In this document: piece after piece, positions 62,179 to 64,000 of the stretch
Layout: every line of letters starts with the position of its first letter
Numbering within the stretch: the first letter of the stretch is position 1
Assembly (NCBI GenBank): GCA_963783575.1
Contig: CAWAOD010000013.1
Location: forward strand, 32,001-96,000
Direction of reading: 5' to 3'
DNA from: an uncultured Spirochaetota bacterium
Lineage (GTDB): Bacteria; Spirochaetota; Brevinematia; Brevinematales; JAOACQ01
DNA length: 64,000 nt
Position numbers and translations under genes: made by a program
Notes under the pieces: model-generated
Database searches by the model: none
What the model was told of the DNA's origin: nothing
Seen by the model: only the letters and a program-made list of their open reading frames with translations

Positions 62179-64000
62179 TTACTGAAACCGTTTTGCGACA
62201 AAATTAATGTTGCTTCTTGCTTTATAATTATCGGGGTCCAGATCCAATACCATCTGCCAGTATTTTAAAGCATCCTCTATTCTATCTGTTTTGTAATAAG
62301 AGAATGCCAAAAGATTGTATAATTTTATCTTTTCATCTTTTCTTTTCATAAAAGGGATTATTCCTTCTACAATGGGAAATATATCATTATATTTTCCCTT
62401 TTTATAAAATGTCAGTGCTTTAATGTATTTTTCCATGCCTTCAATAAAATTTGATTCCATTTCAGCCTGCGGGTTACTTGAAATTTTAGTTGTGTTTAAG
62501 ATTTCCAGGTCTACTTTCAAGCCTTCCGGGGCAAAAAGCATTTCTACTATCAGGAGCGTAATATCATCCCTTACCGGAGCATTTCCTATAAAAAGATATA
62601 CTTCATCGAAAACTTTTAAAACCATTTCCTGAACTGATAAGCGGCAATTCTGCAATAGAGAAGTTTTAAATTTTTTCATTCCAAAAAATTCCGAATTATT
62701 GTTTCGCGCTTCGGGAATACCGTCAGTATAGAGAACCAGTTTATCCCCTTCATTTAATTTTGCAACTGACGTCGAATAAACCTGTTTGTTATTATTACCG
62801 ACAATAGGTGAGTTTGTTTTTAATTCGATCAATTCTTTGTTATTTCTTATAATAAAAATCTCATCATGGCCGGCATTACAATATTGAATCTCATCTAACC
62901 GGGTATCGATAATACAATAAAAAACGGTAAGATATTGGGACAAATCCTCGATTGCAGAACAGAGTTCTTTGTTTACATGTCCGACAATTTCTCCAGCCTG
63001 CCTGCCGGGTATCGAATTAGTTGTAAAAGATATTTTTGCCATTGCTGTAACCAAAGCCGCGGGTACGCCATGACCGCTGACATCCGCAATAACAATTCCC
63101 ACTTTTTTTTCATCTATGTTAAATACATCATAAAAATCACCTCCTAGATCTTCCATTGGTGAGTAGTTGCCTCCAATGCTGAGCTTTTCATTGTCCGGAA
63201 AATTGGAAGGAATCAATGCCTGTTGTATTGCGCGAGCCATTTTTAATTCCTTTTTCATGGTGCCGTTGGCTGCAGTAAGCATCTTATTAGATTCATTAAG
63301 TTCTTCAGTTCGTTTTTTTACAAGATCTTCCATATGATCACTGTATTCCTCAATTTCTTTAAGCATATTATTAAATGTATTTGCCAGAACCAGTACTTCC
63401 CCATGCGTACTTACGGAAGCACGAATTTTATAATCCCCATCAGCCACTTTCCGTGCTATAGATGTCAGGTATTCAATAGGCCTGGTTAATCTACCCGCCA
63501 GGAACAAAGCGATAAAAACAGCAATAATAATAACTATAATAGTCAAAATTGCAGTAATAAATCCGATATTCCTGAAGCTATTGTTTAATTCTAAAAGTGA
63601 CTGTTCAAAACCTTTTTTTGAAGCGCTTACTGTTTTATCCAATAGAACGGTTAATTGTGTTTTATTTTCTTTAAACTTATTCACAGTATCAATTTGATTT
63701 TTAAATTCCTGCAGATCCTTTAGTTTCAAAATGGTTGAACCAAAAACATAATAGGTACGGAATATATCACTGATTTGTTTTAAAGAAGAATTTTCACCGG
63801 GTATCTGTTTTGACAGATCATGCAGATTATTATAGAATGCCTTAGCCTTTTCATTTAAATCATTTATAGCGCTTTGTCTGTTTTCCGGGCTAAACAGCAT
63901 AGTATCCCATATATCAGCATGAATCGCTAAAATAATCTGATATGAATCCTGAATATATTTCTCTGTTATAAATTTTGTATCAACAATATTATGTATTCGC
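62179..64000 (-). CDS. Membrane sensor PP2C (SpoIIE/RsbU-like) phosphatase with HAMP and C-terminal TPR; 5' end outside the window
   Basis: Frame stays open from 63900 to the window end; TM + HAMP, GGDFYD, IADVSGHGVPAAL, YTDGI, DDIT, TPR YNLLAFSYY...LDPDN. Confidence 0.92.
   Translation of the reverse strand, partial: RIHNIVDTKFITEKYIQDSYQIILAIHADIWDTMLFSPENRQSAINDLNEKAKAFYNNLHDLSKQIPGENSSLKQISDIFRTYYVFGSTILKLKDLQEFKNQIDTVNKFKENKTQLTVLLDKTVSASKKGFEQSLLELNNSFRNIGFITAILTIIVIIIAVFIALFLAGRLTRPIEYLTSIARKVADGDYKIRASVSTHGEVLVLANTFNNMLKEIEEYSDHMEDLVKKRTEELNESNKMLTAANGTMKKELKMARAIQQALIPSNFPDNEKLSIGGNYSPMEDLGGDFYDVFNIDEKKVGIVIADVSGHGVPAALVTAMAKISFTTNSIPGRQAGEIVGHVNKELCSAIEDLSQYLTVFYCIIDTRLDEIQYCNAGHDEIFIIRNNKELIELKTNSPIVGNNNKQVYSTSVAKLNEGDKLVLYTDGIPEARNNNSEFFGMKKFKTSLLQNCRLSVQEMVLKVFDEVYLFIGNAPVRDDITLLIVEMLFAPEGLKVDLEILNTTKISSNPQAEMESNFIEGMEKYIKALTFYKKGKYNDIFPIVEGIIPFMKRKDEKIKLYNLLAFSYYKTDRIEDALKYWQMVLDLDPDNYKARSNINFVAKRFQ

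Overview
This is a gene-dense, AT-rich bacterial chromosomal window. The gene content (MCPs, HD-GYP pair, HEAT-repeat exported protein, LptE-like lipoprotein) fits a motile, diderm anaerobe, possibly a spirochaete; that assignment is inference only. From left to right it holds: a PadR/ABC exporter unit; an APC permease fused to a P-II domain plus two more P-II-like genes behind a sigma54-type promoter; holA, ilvBNC and glgX; a DUF2723 protein; two tandem HD-GYP genes; hisE and rsmE; an sxtK/sxtI/sxtJ-like carbamoyltransferase cassette; a U32 protein; a histidine kinase fused to a CoA-disulfide-reductase/rhodanese flavoprotein; a single-domain response regulator; a ten-gene membrane-bound group 4 [NiFe]-hydrogenase operon led by a ligand-less FDH-like subunit and an AsrAB/HydBG-like NAD(P)H module; hicBA; hydE-aspA-hydF; MCPs, leuB, SDRs and a partner-switching module. 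The best candidates for undescribed biology are the kinase-flavoreductase fusion, the apparently NAD(P)H-linked group 4 hydrogenase, the APC-P-II fusion and a candidate sigma28-dependent anti-SD sRNA. Four genes carry single-base frameshifts that may be sequencing artefacts; two of them lie in the same 11-mer. I saw no rRNA, tRNA, CRISPR array or transposase. All calls come from reading motifs by eye; no database search was run.
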